Notes: generated by a model not told the origin, from the letters alone. 58,717 nucleotides of DNA from Verrucomicrobiales bacterium (GCA_005791875.1 SXTU01000205.1:1-58717), one strand, 5' to 3'. Positions 7,620-17,116 are shown, counted from the stretch's first letter. Translations and numbers: made by a program.

Positions 7620-10600
7620 ACCCTGCTGCGACTCAGCCTACCAAGACCATACGCCGCCACGGCGTATGGTGGCGCACTGTGCTACATCTCGCCGCCTTGC
7701 ACCTAGCGGCAACCGTGCTCGCCGAGGACTGGCCCACGTTCATGCACGACCGCGCGCGCAGCGGCGTGTCGGGCGAGACGCTGAACCTCCCGCTGAACGA
7801 ACTCTGGTCCTACACGCCGCCCGCCGAGCCGACGCGCGCGTGGCCCAGCCCGCAGGCCGGCTACAACGAACTGCCCAAGCTTGCTTTCGATGACGCCACG
7901 CACGTCGCGATGGTCGGCGACACGGTGTTCTTCGGCTCGTCGGTGGACAACGGCATCCACGCCGTGGACGCGCGCACGGGGGCGAAGCGCTGGACGTTCT
8001 TCACCGAAGGCCCGGTGCGGCTGGCCCCGACGGTGGCAGGAGGACGCGTTTACGCCGGGTCGGATGACGGGTTGGTCTATTGCCTCGATGCCAAGGACGG
8101 TCGCCTAGTGTGGAGCGCGCGGCCCGGTGGCGGCGAGACGCGCATCCTCGGCGCAGGACGGCTGAGTTCCCTGTGGCCGGTGCGCACCGGCGTGCTCGTG
8201 GATGGCGGCGTGGCTTACTGCGGAGCCGGGATTTTCCCCGCGCGCGAAACGAGCTTGTCGGCGTTCGATGCGGCCACGGGCAAGCCGCTGTGGAAGAACC
8301 CCACCGCACCCAAGTCCGGCGAGGCCTACGTCGCGCTCGCGCCGCAGGGCTACCTGCTCGCCAACGCCGACCAGCTCTACGTCCCGTGCGGTCGCACCGC
8401 GCCGCTGGCCTTCGCGCGCGCGGACGGCGCGGCGCGCGGCTCGATGGTGAAGACCTATCTCGTCGTGCCGAGCAAGGGCGTCGTCAGCGGCGATTACGGC
8501 GTGCTCGTGGACGACCTCTACTTCCTCGGCTCGCAAAACGAGCTGCATAGCTACACGCCCGACGGCAAGCACGTCTCCACCGTGCGCGAGGCGGCGCAAG
8601 TCCTCGCGACGAAGTCACACTACTTCAAACTGGCCGGCCCGCCGGTGCCCAAGTATGGCCGCGAGGCTGCGCCCAAGCCGAACGTCCTCACCGCGTTCGA
8701 CCGCGCTGCCGCCGATGCCGCGCCGAAACGCGCGAGCTTTCCAAAGGAAGCGGTGAAGTGGACTTACGCTGCGCGCGACTTGCAGCTCGTCATCGCGGCG
8801 GGCGCGCACGTCATCGCGGGCGGCTCGAACTCGGTCATCGCCGTGGACACCGCGACGGGCAAGCCCGCGTGGACGAACCAGGTGGACGGCGTGGTCAAGG
8901 GCCTCGCGGTCGCGAACGGTCGGCTCGTGGTGAGCACGGCGAATGGGCGGCTCCATTGCTTCGGCGTCGGCGCACCGGCACCTGCGCTCGCGGCCAAGCC
9001 CGCGCCTGCTAGCGACGCGCGGACTGCGGCGCTAGCGGAGTCCGTGGTGAAGGAGTCGGGCGTGACGCGCGGCTACGCGCTGCTGGTCGGAGGCAGTGCC
9101 GTCGCGCTCGCCACGGAGCTTGCGAAGCGCACTGAGCTTCGCATCCACGTCGCCGAGAGCGACGCGGCCCGCGCCGAGACTGCGCGCAACGCACTCTCCG
9201 CCGCTGGCCTTTACGGGACGAAGGTGGAAGTGAACGTCCTGCCCGCCGGCCAGACGAGCGCGCTGCCGTTCCCGCCTTACTTCGCCAACCTCGTCGTGGT
9301 TGACGCGTCGTCGCTCGGCCAAGGCGCGTTGCCCGCCCGCCCGTTGCTCCGCGTGCTCAAGCCGCACGGCGGCGTGCTGCTCGCCAGCACCAGTTCGCCC
9401 GACGCGACTTGGACTGTAGCCGGAGCCGTGAGTTCCGCCCAACTCGGCGGCGGCGCATGGACGAAGCTCGTGCGCGGCGCGTTGCCCGGCGCGCGCGACT
9501 GGACGCACCAATACGCCGACGCCGGCAACACCGGCTCCTCCGATGACGAGCGTGTGCGCGGTCGGCCCGAGGTGCTGTGGTATGGCGAGCCGGGCGCGGA
9601 CAAGATGCACGACCGCCATCGCCGCAGCGAAGCGCCGCTGCAACTCGCGGGCCGGATGTTCGTCGAGGGCACGCGCCAGCTCACGAAGACGCCGTTGCTC
9701 CTGAGCTTCGATGCCTACAACGGCCTGCCCTACTGGGAGCGCGAGCTGCCCGGGGCGGAGCGGCTCGACATCACGCAGGACTGCGGGAACCTCGCCGCCT
9801 CGCCCCACGGCCTGTTCGTCGCGGCCGACAAGGAGTGCCATCAACTCGACTTGCGCACGGGCGCGACGCGCAAGACGTTTCCCGTGCCGCCCGGCCCCGA
9901 TGGCAAGTCAGGTCCGTGGGCCTACGTCGCGACGGAGGGCGACCTGCTCATCGGCAGCGCCTCTGCGGGATTTCAGTTCAGTCGGACGCTTTTCGCGTAT
10001 GACTTGCGGACGGGCACGTTGAAGTGGCGTTACGACAGCGCGGCGATGCGGAACAGCACGTTCGCGGTGTCGGGCGGCAAGGTGTTCCTCGTCGAGCATC
10101 GCGGCCAGACCAACGCGCCGAAAGTCCTCACGCTCATGGAGGCGCACAAGGCCATCGGGAAGCCAAAGCCAGCCAAGGCCGACGGCCCGCCGCCGCCCTA
10201 CATCCGCACCGTCGTCGCGCTCGACCTCGCCACTGGCAAGCCGCTCTGGTTGCGCGACCACGACCTGACCAAGTGTGGCAACTGGACTGGCAGCCTGTGT
10301 CTCACCGCGAAGAACGGCGTGGTGCTGCTCGCCGGCGTTTACTCCGCCTACGGCGCGGCGAAAGGCGACGAGGGCGAGCGCCGTGCGCTGGCCTTGTCCG
10401 CGTCGGACGGCTCGCCGCTGTGGAGCGAAGTCATCGGCAACTACGTGCGCCCGGTGCTCGTGGGTGAGCGCGTCATTGGCCGGCCCAAGGCTTACGACCT
10501 CCGCTCGGGTGCCGTCGTGACCAAGCCCGGGCCGAAGGGGATGATTCCGTGGTCCGTCCCGCGCAACGGTGCGTGCGGCCAGATGTCGGCCTCGGCGGGA

Positions 10601-10807
10601 ATGCTCTTCTACCGCGACGGCTACACCGTGATGCGCGATGCAGGCACTGGCGGGACCTTGATGAACTTCACCGGGATGCGCCCCGGCTGCCTCATCAACA
10701 TCATCCCGGCGGGCGGCATCATCGTGCAGGTTGAGGCCAGCTCTGGCTGCACTTGCTACCACGCGATTCAATCCACAGTGGTCTTCGTGCCGCCGGGTGC
10801 GGAGTGA
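7616..10807 (+). CDS. Large PQQ-like beta-propeller repeat protein with an embedded Rossmann/methyltransferase-like domain
   Basis: GTG start and a hydrophobic N-terminus. DWPTFMHDRARSGVS and repeated GRVYAGSDDGLVYCLDAKDGRLVW-type blades indicate a PQQ-like propeller. The central segment GYALLVGGSAVALATELAKRTELRIHVAESD...LKPHGGVLL resembles a class I methyltransferase fold. Confidence 0.75.
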   Translation: MNPAATQPTKTIRRHGVWWRTVLHLAALHLAATVLAEDWPTFMHDRARSGVSGETLNLPLNELWSYTPPAEPTRAWPSPQAGYNELPKLAFDDATHVAMVGDTVFFGSSVDNGIHAVDARTGAKRWTFFTEGPVRLAPTVAGGRVYAGSDDGLVYCLDAKDGRLVWSARPGGGETRILGAGRLSSLWPVRTGVLVDGGVAYCGAGIFPARETSLSAFDAATGKPLWKNPTAPKSGEAYVALAPQGYLLANADQLYVPCGRTAPLAFARADGAARGSMVKTYLVVPSKGVVSGDYGVLVDDLYFLGSQNELHSYTPDGKHVSTVREAAQVLATKSHYFKLAGPPVPKYGREAAPKPNVLTAFDRAAADAAPKRASFPKEAVKWTYAARDLQLVIAAGAHVIAGGSNSVIAVDTATGKPAWTNQVDGVVKGLAVANGRLVVSTANGRLHCFGVGAPAPALAAKPAPASDARTAALAESVVKESGVTRGYALLVGGSAVALATELAKRTELRIHVAESDAARAETARNALSAAGLYGTKVEVNVLPAGQTSALPFPPYFANLVVVDASSLGQGALPARPLLRVLKPHGGVLLASTSSPDATWTVAGAVSSAQLGGGAWTKLVRGALPGARDWTHQYADAGNTGSSDDERVRGRPEVLWYGEPGADKMHDRHRRSEAPLQLAGRMFVEGTRQLTKTPLLLSFDAYNGLPYWERELPGAERLDITQDCGNLAASPHGLFVAADKECHQLDLRTGATRKTFPVPPGPDGKSGPWAYVATEGDLLIGSASAGFQFSRTLFAYDLRTGTLKWRYDSAAMRNSTFAVSGGKVFLVEHRGQTNAPKVLTLMEAHKAIGKPKPAKADGPPPPYIRTVVALDLATGKPLWLRDHDLTKCGNWTGSLCLTAKNGVVLLAGVYSAYGAAKGDEGERRALALSASDGSPLWSEVIGNYVRPVLVGERVIGRPKAYDLRSGAVVTKPGPKGMIPWSVPRNGACGQMSASAGMLFYRDGYTVMRDAGTGGTLMNFTGMRPGCLINIIPAGGIIVQVEASSGCTCYHAIQSTVVFVPPGAE

Positions 10808-10868
10808 AGCGCCCACGTGCCGGCAACGGGCACTTGTCATCTGCCCCAGAGCGCGACAGGCTGCGGCC

Positions 10869-11939
10869 ATGAACTCCCCATTCCCTACCAGCGCAGCACA
10901 CGTCCGCACTTCCCGCCGTCGGTTTCTGGCAGCCATTGGTGCCACGGCTGCCGGTGCGGCGTTCCCCGCCCGTGCTGTGTCCCCCGCGCTCACCAGTTTC
11001 TTTGTGGTCAGCGACACGCATTTCCTGGCCGACAAGAACCAGCCCGACCAGATCGACGCCAATTCTATCGCCTACAACCGCCGGCTCGTGGACACGCTGA
11101 ACCGCCTGCCCGGCACAGCGTTTTCCGAGGCCGTCGGCGGCGGCACCGTGCCGGCGCCGATGGGCGTGCTGCACGCGGGCGATGTCATTGACACCGGCGA
11201 CAAGCAAGGGGCCACGCAGGTCGCGATGCAGCGCACGGAGTGGGCGGCCTTCGCGGCGGAATACGGCCTCACCGGCAGCGAAGGGCGGCTGAAGTTCCCC
11301 GTGTTCGAGGTGCCGGGCAATCACGACTCACCGCACGGCACGGGGCACGCCGTCGAGCAGATGATGGCACGGCAGCGGGCGCGGAAGGGCTTGAAGGCCA
11401 TCAGCAAGAACGGCCTGCACGCGTCGTGGGAATGGGGCGGCGTCCACTTCGCCACGCTCGGCCTCATCGTCGGCACGGACCGGAGCGTGGAGCGCAAGCG
11501 GCGTTACGCGGCGAGCGACAGTCTGGCGTTCCTGCTCGAAGACCTGGCCAACACGCCGAAGGACCGGCCGCTCGTGCTCATGCACCACGTGGACATGGCG
11601 CGCTACACCGTCGCCAAGCCGGACACGGACTACACGAAGTGGGAATGGGACCCGGCGGATGTGGCGGCGTTTCACGCGGCCATCAAGGGGCGGCGCACGG
11701 CGATTTTCTATGGGCACACGCACTTCCGAAACGTGTTCCGTTGGGATGGCGCATCCATCAGGGCGACGGAGGGGGTGGCGGTATTCAACGTGGACAACGC
11801 CGCGCACTTCAGCGGCCCGGCCCAGGCGTTCTTCCACGTCGAAGTGCGCGGCGACGGGCTGTCGGTGCGGGAGTTCGCCACGTCGGACGGCTGGCAGACT
11901 GGCGCGTGGACGCCGCAGGTTTGGCGGGCGGCGGTGTGA
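10869..11939 (+). CDS. Tat-exported calcineurin-like metallophosphoesterase
   Basis: SRRRFLAAIGATAAGAAF is a twin-arginine signal. VVSDTHF, GDVIDTGD, VPGNHD, LMHH and GHTH are the metallophosphoesterase motifs. Confidence 0.8.
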   Translation: MNSPFPTSAAHVRTSRRRFLAAIGATAAGAAFPARAVSPALTSFFVVSDTHFLADKNQPDQIDANSIAYNRRLVDTLNRLPGTAFSEAVGGGTVPAPMGVLHAGDVIDTGDKQGATQVAMQRTEWAAFAAEYGLTGSEGRLKFPVFEVPGNHDSPHGTGHAVEQMMARQRARKGLKAISKNGLHASWEWGGVHFATLGLIVGTDRSVERKRRYAASDSLAFLLEDLANTPKDRPLVLMHHVDMARYTVAKPDTDYTKWEWDPADVAAFHAAIKGRRTAIFYGHTHFRNVFRWDGASIRATEGVAVFNVDNAAHFSGPAQAFFHVEVRGDGLSVREFATSDGWQTGAWTPQVWRAAV

Positions 11940-12012
11940 CCTGTGCCGGCGGTTTGCAACCGCCGTTGGGTTCGTGGAATCGGCTAGGCGCGATGAACTG
12001 CTTTCTCCCATA

Positions 12013-12038
12013 GACGGCGACTGGAAGTCGCCGGCACA
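12013..12038. repeat. REP-like hairpin (gacGGCGACTggaAGTCGCCggcaca) between convergent genes; possible bidirectional terminator
   Basis: 8-bp GC-rich stem cggcgact/agtcgccg. A nearly identical 26-mer occurs at 41165-41190 and a related hairpin at 41099-41119. Confidence 0.5.
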
Positions 12039-12047
12039 GGCTGTGGC

Positions 12048-12722
12048 TTAATTCTTCACCCGCGTTTGCTTCACCTCGTAGTTCGTGTTGTTCGCCAGCT
12101 CGGCGCTCGGGCAGTCGTTGAACAGCGCGGCGGGCGTCTCGCCGAGGTGCCGGTTGTCCTTCACCACGACTTTCTCCGACGGCGAGCCTTGCACGCGGAT
12201 GCCGTGGCCGCGCGTCGTGTTCTTCACGATGGTCACGCGGCGGATGGGGAAATCGCCGGGCTGCTTGTGGCGCGCTGCGGTGACGTAGATGGGCGGGATG
12301 TGGCCGCTGGTAATGTAGTTGCCCTCGACGTGCAGGCCGTCAATCACGCCGACGTGGAAGAGCGAGAGGTAGGTGTTGCCGCGATTCCCGACGAGCCGGC
12401 TGTCCACGATGGTCGAGTTGCAATGGTCCTCGTGGATCAGCCCCTCGCCGTCGTTGATGCGATACTTGCCGTCGGAGCACACGTTGCTGAAGACCTCGTA
12501 GTCGTTGTTCTCCACCACCCAGCACCAGCCGCGCAGTTTCATCCCGCGGTTGTCGTTCGTGGCGCTGCCGTAGCTGGCCTTCGTGCCGCCGGGTGCTGAG
12601 TGAGCTGCCGTCTCATACCGATTTCCGAAGTCGCTCGGCGCGCCGCCTGCGCTACGGCGCGCGACAGTTCGATTCCGGAGTTCGGGCTCATAGCGAACCA
12701 GTTGGAAAGCCAGGCGGGCCAA
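12048..12722 (-). pseudogene. Probable truncated right-handed beta-helix (pectate-lyase-fold) protein fragment
   Basis: The C-terminal 160 aa or so show beta-helix-like repeats (NRGNTYLSLFHVGVIDGLHVEGNYI...). There is no signal peptide or plausible N-terminal domain. The ORF start abuts the divergent rsuA-like gene. Confidence 0.35.
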
Positions 12723-12736
12723 GCTACAACCTGCCC

Positions 12737-13432
12737 GTGCCGATTCTGAAACCGCTCCGCCGCCTCGACCAGTTGCTCTCCTCCTGTGGCTATTGCAGCC
12801 GGAGCGAGGCGCGGTTGTGGGTGCGCGGCGGGCGCGTGCTCGTGGGTGGACAGCGTGCGGAGGCGGTGGAGCAGAAGGCGCGGGCGGCGGACGTGGTCGT
12901 GGACGGCGAGCCGCTGGATTCGCCGGAGGGAATTCTCGTCCTGCTGCACAAGCCCGCTGGTTACGTCTGCTCGCATGACACGAAGGAGGGGCCGCGCGTT
13001 TTCGATCTGCTGCCGCCGCGATGGCTGGAGCGCAACCCGCCCGTCACGACCGTCGGCCGGCTCGACAAGGACGCCACGGGCGCGCTGGTCATCACGGATC
13101 GGGGGGACCTGGTGCATCAGTGGACTTCGCCCAAACGGCATGTGACCAAGCTCTATGAAGTCACCGTGGCCCGCGACCTCGACGCGTCACTGGTCAAACT
13201 TTTCGCCGCCGGGACGTTGGTGTTAGAAGACGAGCACAAGCCATGTCTGCCCGCGAAGCTGGAGATCATCGCAGCGCGCGAGGCGCGACTCGAACTCACC
13301 GAGGGCAAGTATCATCAGGTGAAGCGGATGTTCGGCAGCCAAGGCTGGACGGTCACGCGCCTGCACCGGAGCCGTTTTGGGGAGTTCGAGCTGGGCGATT
13401 TGCCCGTGGGCCAGTGGCGGCGGATTTTTTAG
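12737..13432 (+). CDS. rsuA: RsuA-family rRNA pseudouridine synthase (S4 domain plus catalytic domain)
   Basis: RLDQLLSSCGYCSRSEARLWVRGGRVLV is an S4 domain. GRLDKDATGALVITDRGDL is the catalytic Asp motif. KLYEVTV and GKYHQVKRMF are also conserved. The GTG start at 12737 is assumed because there is no in-frame ATG. TAG stop. Confidence 0.8.
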   Translation: MPILKPLRRLDQLLSSCGYCSRSEARLWVRGGRVLVGGQRAEAVEQKARAADVVVDGEPLDSPEGILVLLHKPAGYVCSHDTKEGPRVFDLLPPRWLERNPPVTTVGRLDKDATGALVITDRGDLVHQWTSPKRHVTKLYEVTVARDLDASLVKLFAAGTLVLEDEHKPCLPAKLEIIAAREARLELTEGKYHQVKRMFGSQGWTVTRLHRSRFGEFELGDLPVGQWRRIF

Positions 13433-13507
13433 CCACGGATTGAACACGGAATAAAAACGGATTCGGAATCAAGCCGGTCCGGCGAACTGCGGTGCCTTCA
13501 TCCGGGT

Positions 13508-13711
13508 TCAATACGGGCTCAATCCGGGGCTAAGATTTTTCTCGATCTGGGCGCGGAGGCAGGTGGGACAGAGACAATCGGCTGCCGCGTCGGTGGGCAT
13601 GGGGAGGCGCGGGAGGGCGGCGCACCAGCAGGTGTTCGCGGCGCAGTGCGCGAGGCACTCGAAGGCCGCGTCGCACTCGGGGCAGTTTTTCTTTTCAGCG
13701 GGGCGGCTCAT
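13508..13711 (-). CDS. Cysteine-rich CWC-family small protein
   Basis: The 67-aa product has CPECDAAFEC...CAANTCWCAALP...CLCPTCL, the cysteine pattern of CWC-type proteins. Its start overlaps the upstream stop (ATGA). Confidence 0.7.
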   Translation of the reverse strand: MSRPAEKKNCPECDAAFECLAHCAANTCWCAALPRLPMPTDAAADCLCPTCLRAQIEKNLSPGLSPY

Positions 13712-14393
13712 GGCACGGGGACGAGGTCTTGATACACGAAGTCGCCTTGCACCGCCACTTCACCGCGTGTGAAGGCGACCGGGCCGCCGGTGAATCCGGG
13801 GCCGTCGAACGCGAACGTGTGGAACTCGCCGTTTTCACCGCAGGGGTCAACGCTGGCGGGGAGTTCGCGGAGCAGGGCGGCGTCGAACTCACGCCCAGCG
13901 AAACTCGCGTCCAGCCGGCGCGCGTCCAGCCGGCGCGCGTCCACACACACGAGCGCCGCGCGGAAGCGGCGGCGGAGGAATTCGCGTGCGAGCATGGTGG
14001 TGTCGCGACCCTAGAGCGGATACCACGCTTCCATGCCGAGCGGACGCATCAACGCGTCGCGCCACGCGCGGATGTCTCCGAGGAACAAATCGCCGAAGAC
14101 CGCACGGCGCACACCCTGCGGGAGGAACGGGCGCAGGGCGGCACACACGCGGTCTTCGTAAAGCGAGTTGGGCGGGAACGCGGGGAGGCAGATGAACTGG
14201 AGTGGCAGGCCCAGCGACGTCGCCTGCCGTTCGAGCAGCTCGCGGCGGACGCGGTGCATGCCGCTGCGCCCGTCTTCTCGTTGAGCGTGGTCAACAGGGC
14301 GCGCACGTCGCATTCAGCGCGGACAGCGTCTAGGGCCAGCGCGCTGTCCTTGCCGCCGCTCCAGAAGACCACGACGGGTTCCTGCGCGCTCAT
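13708..14393 (-). pseudogene. Dph6/MJ0570-like PP-loop ATP pyrophosphatase domain gene, disrupted
   Basis: MSAQEPVVVFWSGGKDSALAL is a PP-loop SGGKDS motif. The frame switches near 14270-14280, at a G-run consistent with a 1-nt deletion. An in-frame TAG at 14011-14013 sits where homologues have PLWG. A 15-nt unit is repeated 2.5 times at 13907-13943. Confidence 0.7.
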
Positions 14394-14463
14394 TGTTTGG
14401 CGGTGAGTTCTGCCTTGCTGAGGTGCCCGTGAGCGAGCTGGTCCGCGTGGCGAGCGGCCCGGC

Positions 14464-14991
14464 TCAAGGGAGCGCGAGCTGAGGTTCGCGCACGGTGGGG
14501 AACTGTCGCTCCGCCAGTGCCAGCCCGCCATAGAGCAGCGCGGCGTAGCCGAGGTTGCCGAGCAGCATGTTTTGCAGGAACGGCACTGCGGCGACATAGC
14601 AGGCGGCTAGCCCGTCGAGCGTGAGCGGATAGAGCTTGCCGTGCGACCACACGGCGAAGTTCGTCACGAGGTAGAACAGCAGGGCACCCGCCACCGCTGC
14701 CGCTGCCACGGGCAGGGGCCGCCGGTGACAGCGCAGACGGAAGCCGAGGCAGGCCATCAGTGCGAAGCACAGGTAAACGACCGGCATCCCGCGATGCAGG
14801 CCGAGCACGAGGTCGCTCATGAACATCGCCGCCAGCGGCACGAGGAACGCGAGCCGCCGGTCTGCGAGGCACGCCCCGCCGAACAACGCCACGGCCCCGA
14901 TGGGTGTGAAGTTCGGCGGATGCGGCAGCAGGCGCGACGCGGCGGCGGCGAGGATGAGTCCGGCGATGATGGCGAAGCGTGGCGAGTCCAT
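14464..14991 (-). CDS. Small polytopic membrane protein, DUF6580-like (ECF S-component-like); candidate cobalamin permease
   Basis: LLPHPPNFTPIGAVALFGGA is the motif I recall for DUF6580. There are about 5-6 hydrophobic helices. It lies about 19 nt downstream of the btuB-like gene in a riboswitch-headed operon. Confidence 0.65.
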   Translation of the reverse strand: MDSPRFAIIAGLILAAAASRLLPHPPNFTPIGAVALFGGACLADRRLAFLVPLAAMFMSDLVLGLHRGMPVVYLCFALMACLGFRLRCHRRPLPVAAAAVAGALLFYLVTNFAVWSHGKLYPLTLDGLAACYVAAVPFLQNMLLGNLGYAALLYGGLALAERQFPTVREPQLALP

Positions 14992-15009
14992 GGCGGTGGC
15001 TGGCAAGTG

Positions 15010-16905
15010 TTAGAAGGTCACTTTCACCCCGCCATAAACGCCGAGGCGCAGGGCGGGAAAATTGCGGAGCGCGTCGTATTTCTGGTCGAGCAGGTTGTCG
15101 GCGCGGACCCAGACTTGCGCGTGTTCGTGGACTTGGTAGCTGGCCGCCGCGCGGACGAGCAGGTAGTCACCGATGGGGATGTTGGTCATGGCGAAGGTCG
15201 GCGGGGGGAAGAACACGTCCTGCCGTTGCACCACCCAGTTCGCCCCGGCGGAGAGCGTCAGCTTTTCGATGGGACGGCCGACGATGTCCAAGCTGAACTG
15301 GTGCCGGGGCCGGCGCACGAGGCGCACGTTGGCGACTTCGTCGTAGGCGGACAGGTAGGTGTAGCTGGCATTCACGGAGAGCTGGTCGCAGGGCTTGAGC
15401 TTCAAGCCGAACTCCACGCCCTCGCTGCTCGCGCGGTCGATGTTCTGCGGAGTGAAGGACGCGTCGAGCTGGATGAAGTTGCGATACAGGTGCTGGAACC
15501 AGGTCGCGGAGAGCGTGACGCGCTCCTCCCACAAGGGTTGCTCCACGCCAATTTCCCAGCTCAACGCGCGCTCGGGCTGCACGGCCGTGTTGCCGAAGAA
15601 GTAGAGGTCCTGCGCCGTGGGCGGGGCGACCGAGCGGGCGACATTGCCGAACAGGAGGGTCTCCGTCTTCGGAACCCGGTAGGACAAGCCGTTGCGCCAG
15701 GTGGTGGCGGACTGGTAGTCGGAGTAGGCGTCGAAGCGCAGGGCATTGATGACGGTGAGCCGCTCGACGGGCGACCACTGGCTCTGGGCGTAACCGCCGA
15801 GGTCTTGCAAGCGCGCGTTGATGCCGCCGCCGAACCCGCTGGTGGTGGTGCGGGTGACGTTCTGGTCCTGCCACATCACGCCGGCGGTGAGCTTCCACTT
15901 TTCGTGGAACTGGAAGTTGTTCTGCCAGTCCACCATGTGCGAGGCGACGTTGAGGCGGTTGGCGCTGCCATTGAACGGGAAGCCGTCCAGCGAGGGTTGG
16001 AACTGATTCTCGTAGGTGTAGTAGAGGCGCGTGTCCCACTGGTCCGACATCTTCAGGGTCATGCCGGGCGAGACGTTCACCGTCTCGCGTTTCAAGTGGT
16101 CAAGCGCGGACCCGGGCACCGCACCGGGCGATCCACCGTCGGTCTGGCGATACGAAGCCTTCAGGTCGAGGTAGAGCTTGTCGCTGACCTCATAGCCGAA
16201 GGAACTACGGACGCTGCTGCTGCGGTAGAGGTTGTTGTCGCGCGGGTAGGCGGCGTTGAACTGCGAGGCGGCCACGGCGTAGTCAAACGCGCCGACTGCG
16301 CCGCGCGTGGCCAGCGTCTCGCGGAAGGAGTTGAACGAGCCGCCCTCGAAAGAGGCTTCGTATTCCGGCTGCTTCAAACCGCGACCGGTCCGTGTGATGA
16401 TGTTCACCACGCCGCCGATGGCGTCGCCGCCGTAGAGCGCGGAACTGGCCGAGCGGACCACCTCGATGCGCTCGACGTTGTCCAAGCCAATGTTGCCCCA
16501 GTCATAACCGCCCGCGAGCATGGAAGGCGCGCGGCGGCCATCCACCGTGAGGAGCGTGTGGTTGCTTTCCGTGCCACGGATGAACACGGACGTGGCCTGA
16601 CCCGGCGTGCCATTGCGGGCGACCACGAGGCCGGGGACGCTGCCCAGCGCCTCGGCGAGGGTGGTAAATTTCTGCTCGTCAATGGCCGCGCGCGTGATGA
16701 CGGAAACGCTGGCGGCCGTTTTGTCCACCGGCTCCTCCGTGCGCGTGGCGGTGACGACGACCGTGGGCAGCACGGCCGGGGTGTTAGTCCTGCTCTCCTG
16801 CGCGGCGGCGGTGGCCGCGAGCAGGGCAAGGAGGGGACTGAGGCTGGCGCGGCGAGCGCGCCGTCCGCTGACTTCTGACTTCTGACTTCTGACTTCGGTT
16901 TTCAT
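15010..16905 (-). CDS. btuB: TonB-dependent outer-membrane receptor, BtuB-like
   Basis: TonB-box-like PTVVVTATRTEEP and plug motifs (GQATSVFIRG, RIEVVRSASSALYGGDAIGGVVNI). The C-terminus ends in an aromatic residue (...GGVKVTF). A cobalamin riboswitch lies upstream. Confidence 0.85.
   Translation of the reverse strand: MKTEVRSQKSEVSGRRARRASLSPLLALLAATAAAQESRTNTPAVLPTVVVTATRTEEPVDKTAASVSVITRAAIDEQKFTTLAEALGSVPGLVVARNGTPGQATSVFIRGTESNHTLLTVDGRRAPSMLAGGYDWGNIGLDNVERIEVVRSASSALYGGDAIGGVVNIITRTGRGLKQPEYEASFEGGSFNSFRETLATRGAVGAFDYAVAASQFNAAYPRDNNLYRSSSVRSSFGYEVSDKLYLDLKASYRQTDGGSPGAVPGSALDHLKRETVNVSPGMTLKMSDQWDTRLYYTYENQFQPSLDGFPFNGSANRLNVASHMVDWQNNFQFHEKWKLTAGVMWQDQNVTRTTTSGFGGGINARLQDLGGYAQSQWSPVERLTVINALRFDAYSDYQSATTWRNGLSYRVPKTETLLFGNVARSVAPPTAQDLYFFGNTAVQPERALSWEIGVEQPLWEERVTLSATWFQHLYRNFIQLDASFTPQNIDRASSEGVEFGLKLKPCDQLSVNASYTYLSAYDEVANVRLVRRPRHQFSLDIVGRPIEKLTLSAGANWVVQRQDVFFPPPTFAMTNIPIGDYLLVRAAASYQVHEHAQVWVRADNLLDQKYDALRNFPALRLGVYGGVKVTF
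16869..16896. repeat. Perfect 4x heptanucleotide tandem repeat (GAAGTCA on the coding strand) just after the btuB-like start codon
   Basis: The minus strand reads atgaaaacc gaagtca gaagtca gaagtca gaagtca gcgg, encoding MKTEVRSQKSEVSG. Confidence 0.9.
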
Positions 16906-17116
16906 TCTGGTCTTTCACTGCAAGCCCCGCGCGGGTTCTTGGGCGCGCGGAGCGGTTGGTGTTGGAGACCAGATGGAAGATGAAAAGCAAAAAGCCTTCA
17001 CCTCCGCAAATTGGAGAATGAAGGCATCTCAATCCCGCCGAAAGATGGTTCGGCGGGCTGGCCTCATCCTTCTCTTTGTCGGAGAAGTGGGCACGGGTGA
17101 GGGTGCCCTGACGAGC

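Noticed and set aside
14011-14013. TAG recoding or suppression as the explanation for the two in-frame TAG codons (here and at 52680-52682)
   Set aside because: TAG also terminates several well-defined genes at their expected C-termini in this window: rsuA-like 13430-13432, M16 20693-20695, HpnA-like 23303-23305, SBP 36081-36083 and vWA 41089-41091. No Pyl-type machinery is visible. Nonsense mutation is the simpler reading.
14641-16878. A 745-aa plus-strand ORF, and similar very long ORFs at 3741-5228(-), 6338-7462(-), 9908-11062(-), 18149-20332(-), 34225-35967(+), 36831-37889(+), 48376-49908(-) and 53327-54763(+)
   Set aside because: Each lies antisense to, or out of frame with, a gene that has clear family motifs. 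Their translations are Arg/Gly/Ala/Pro-rich with no motifs. This is the usual shadow-ORF artefact of high-G+C DNA.
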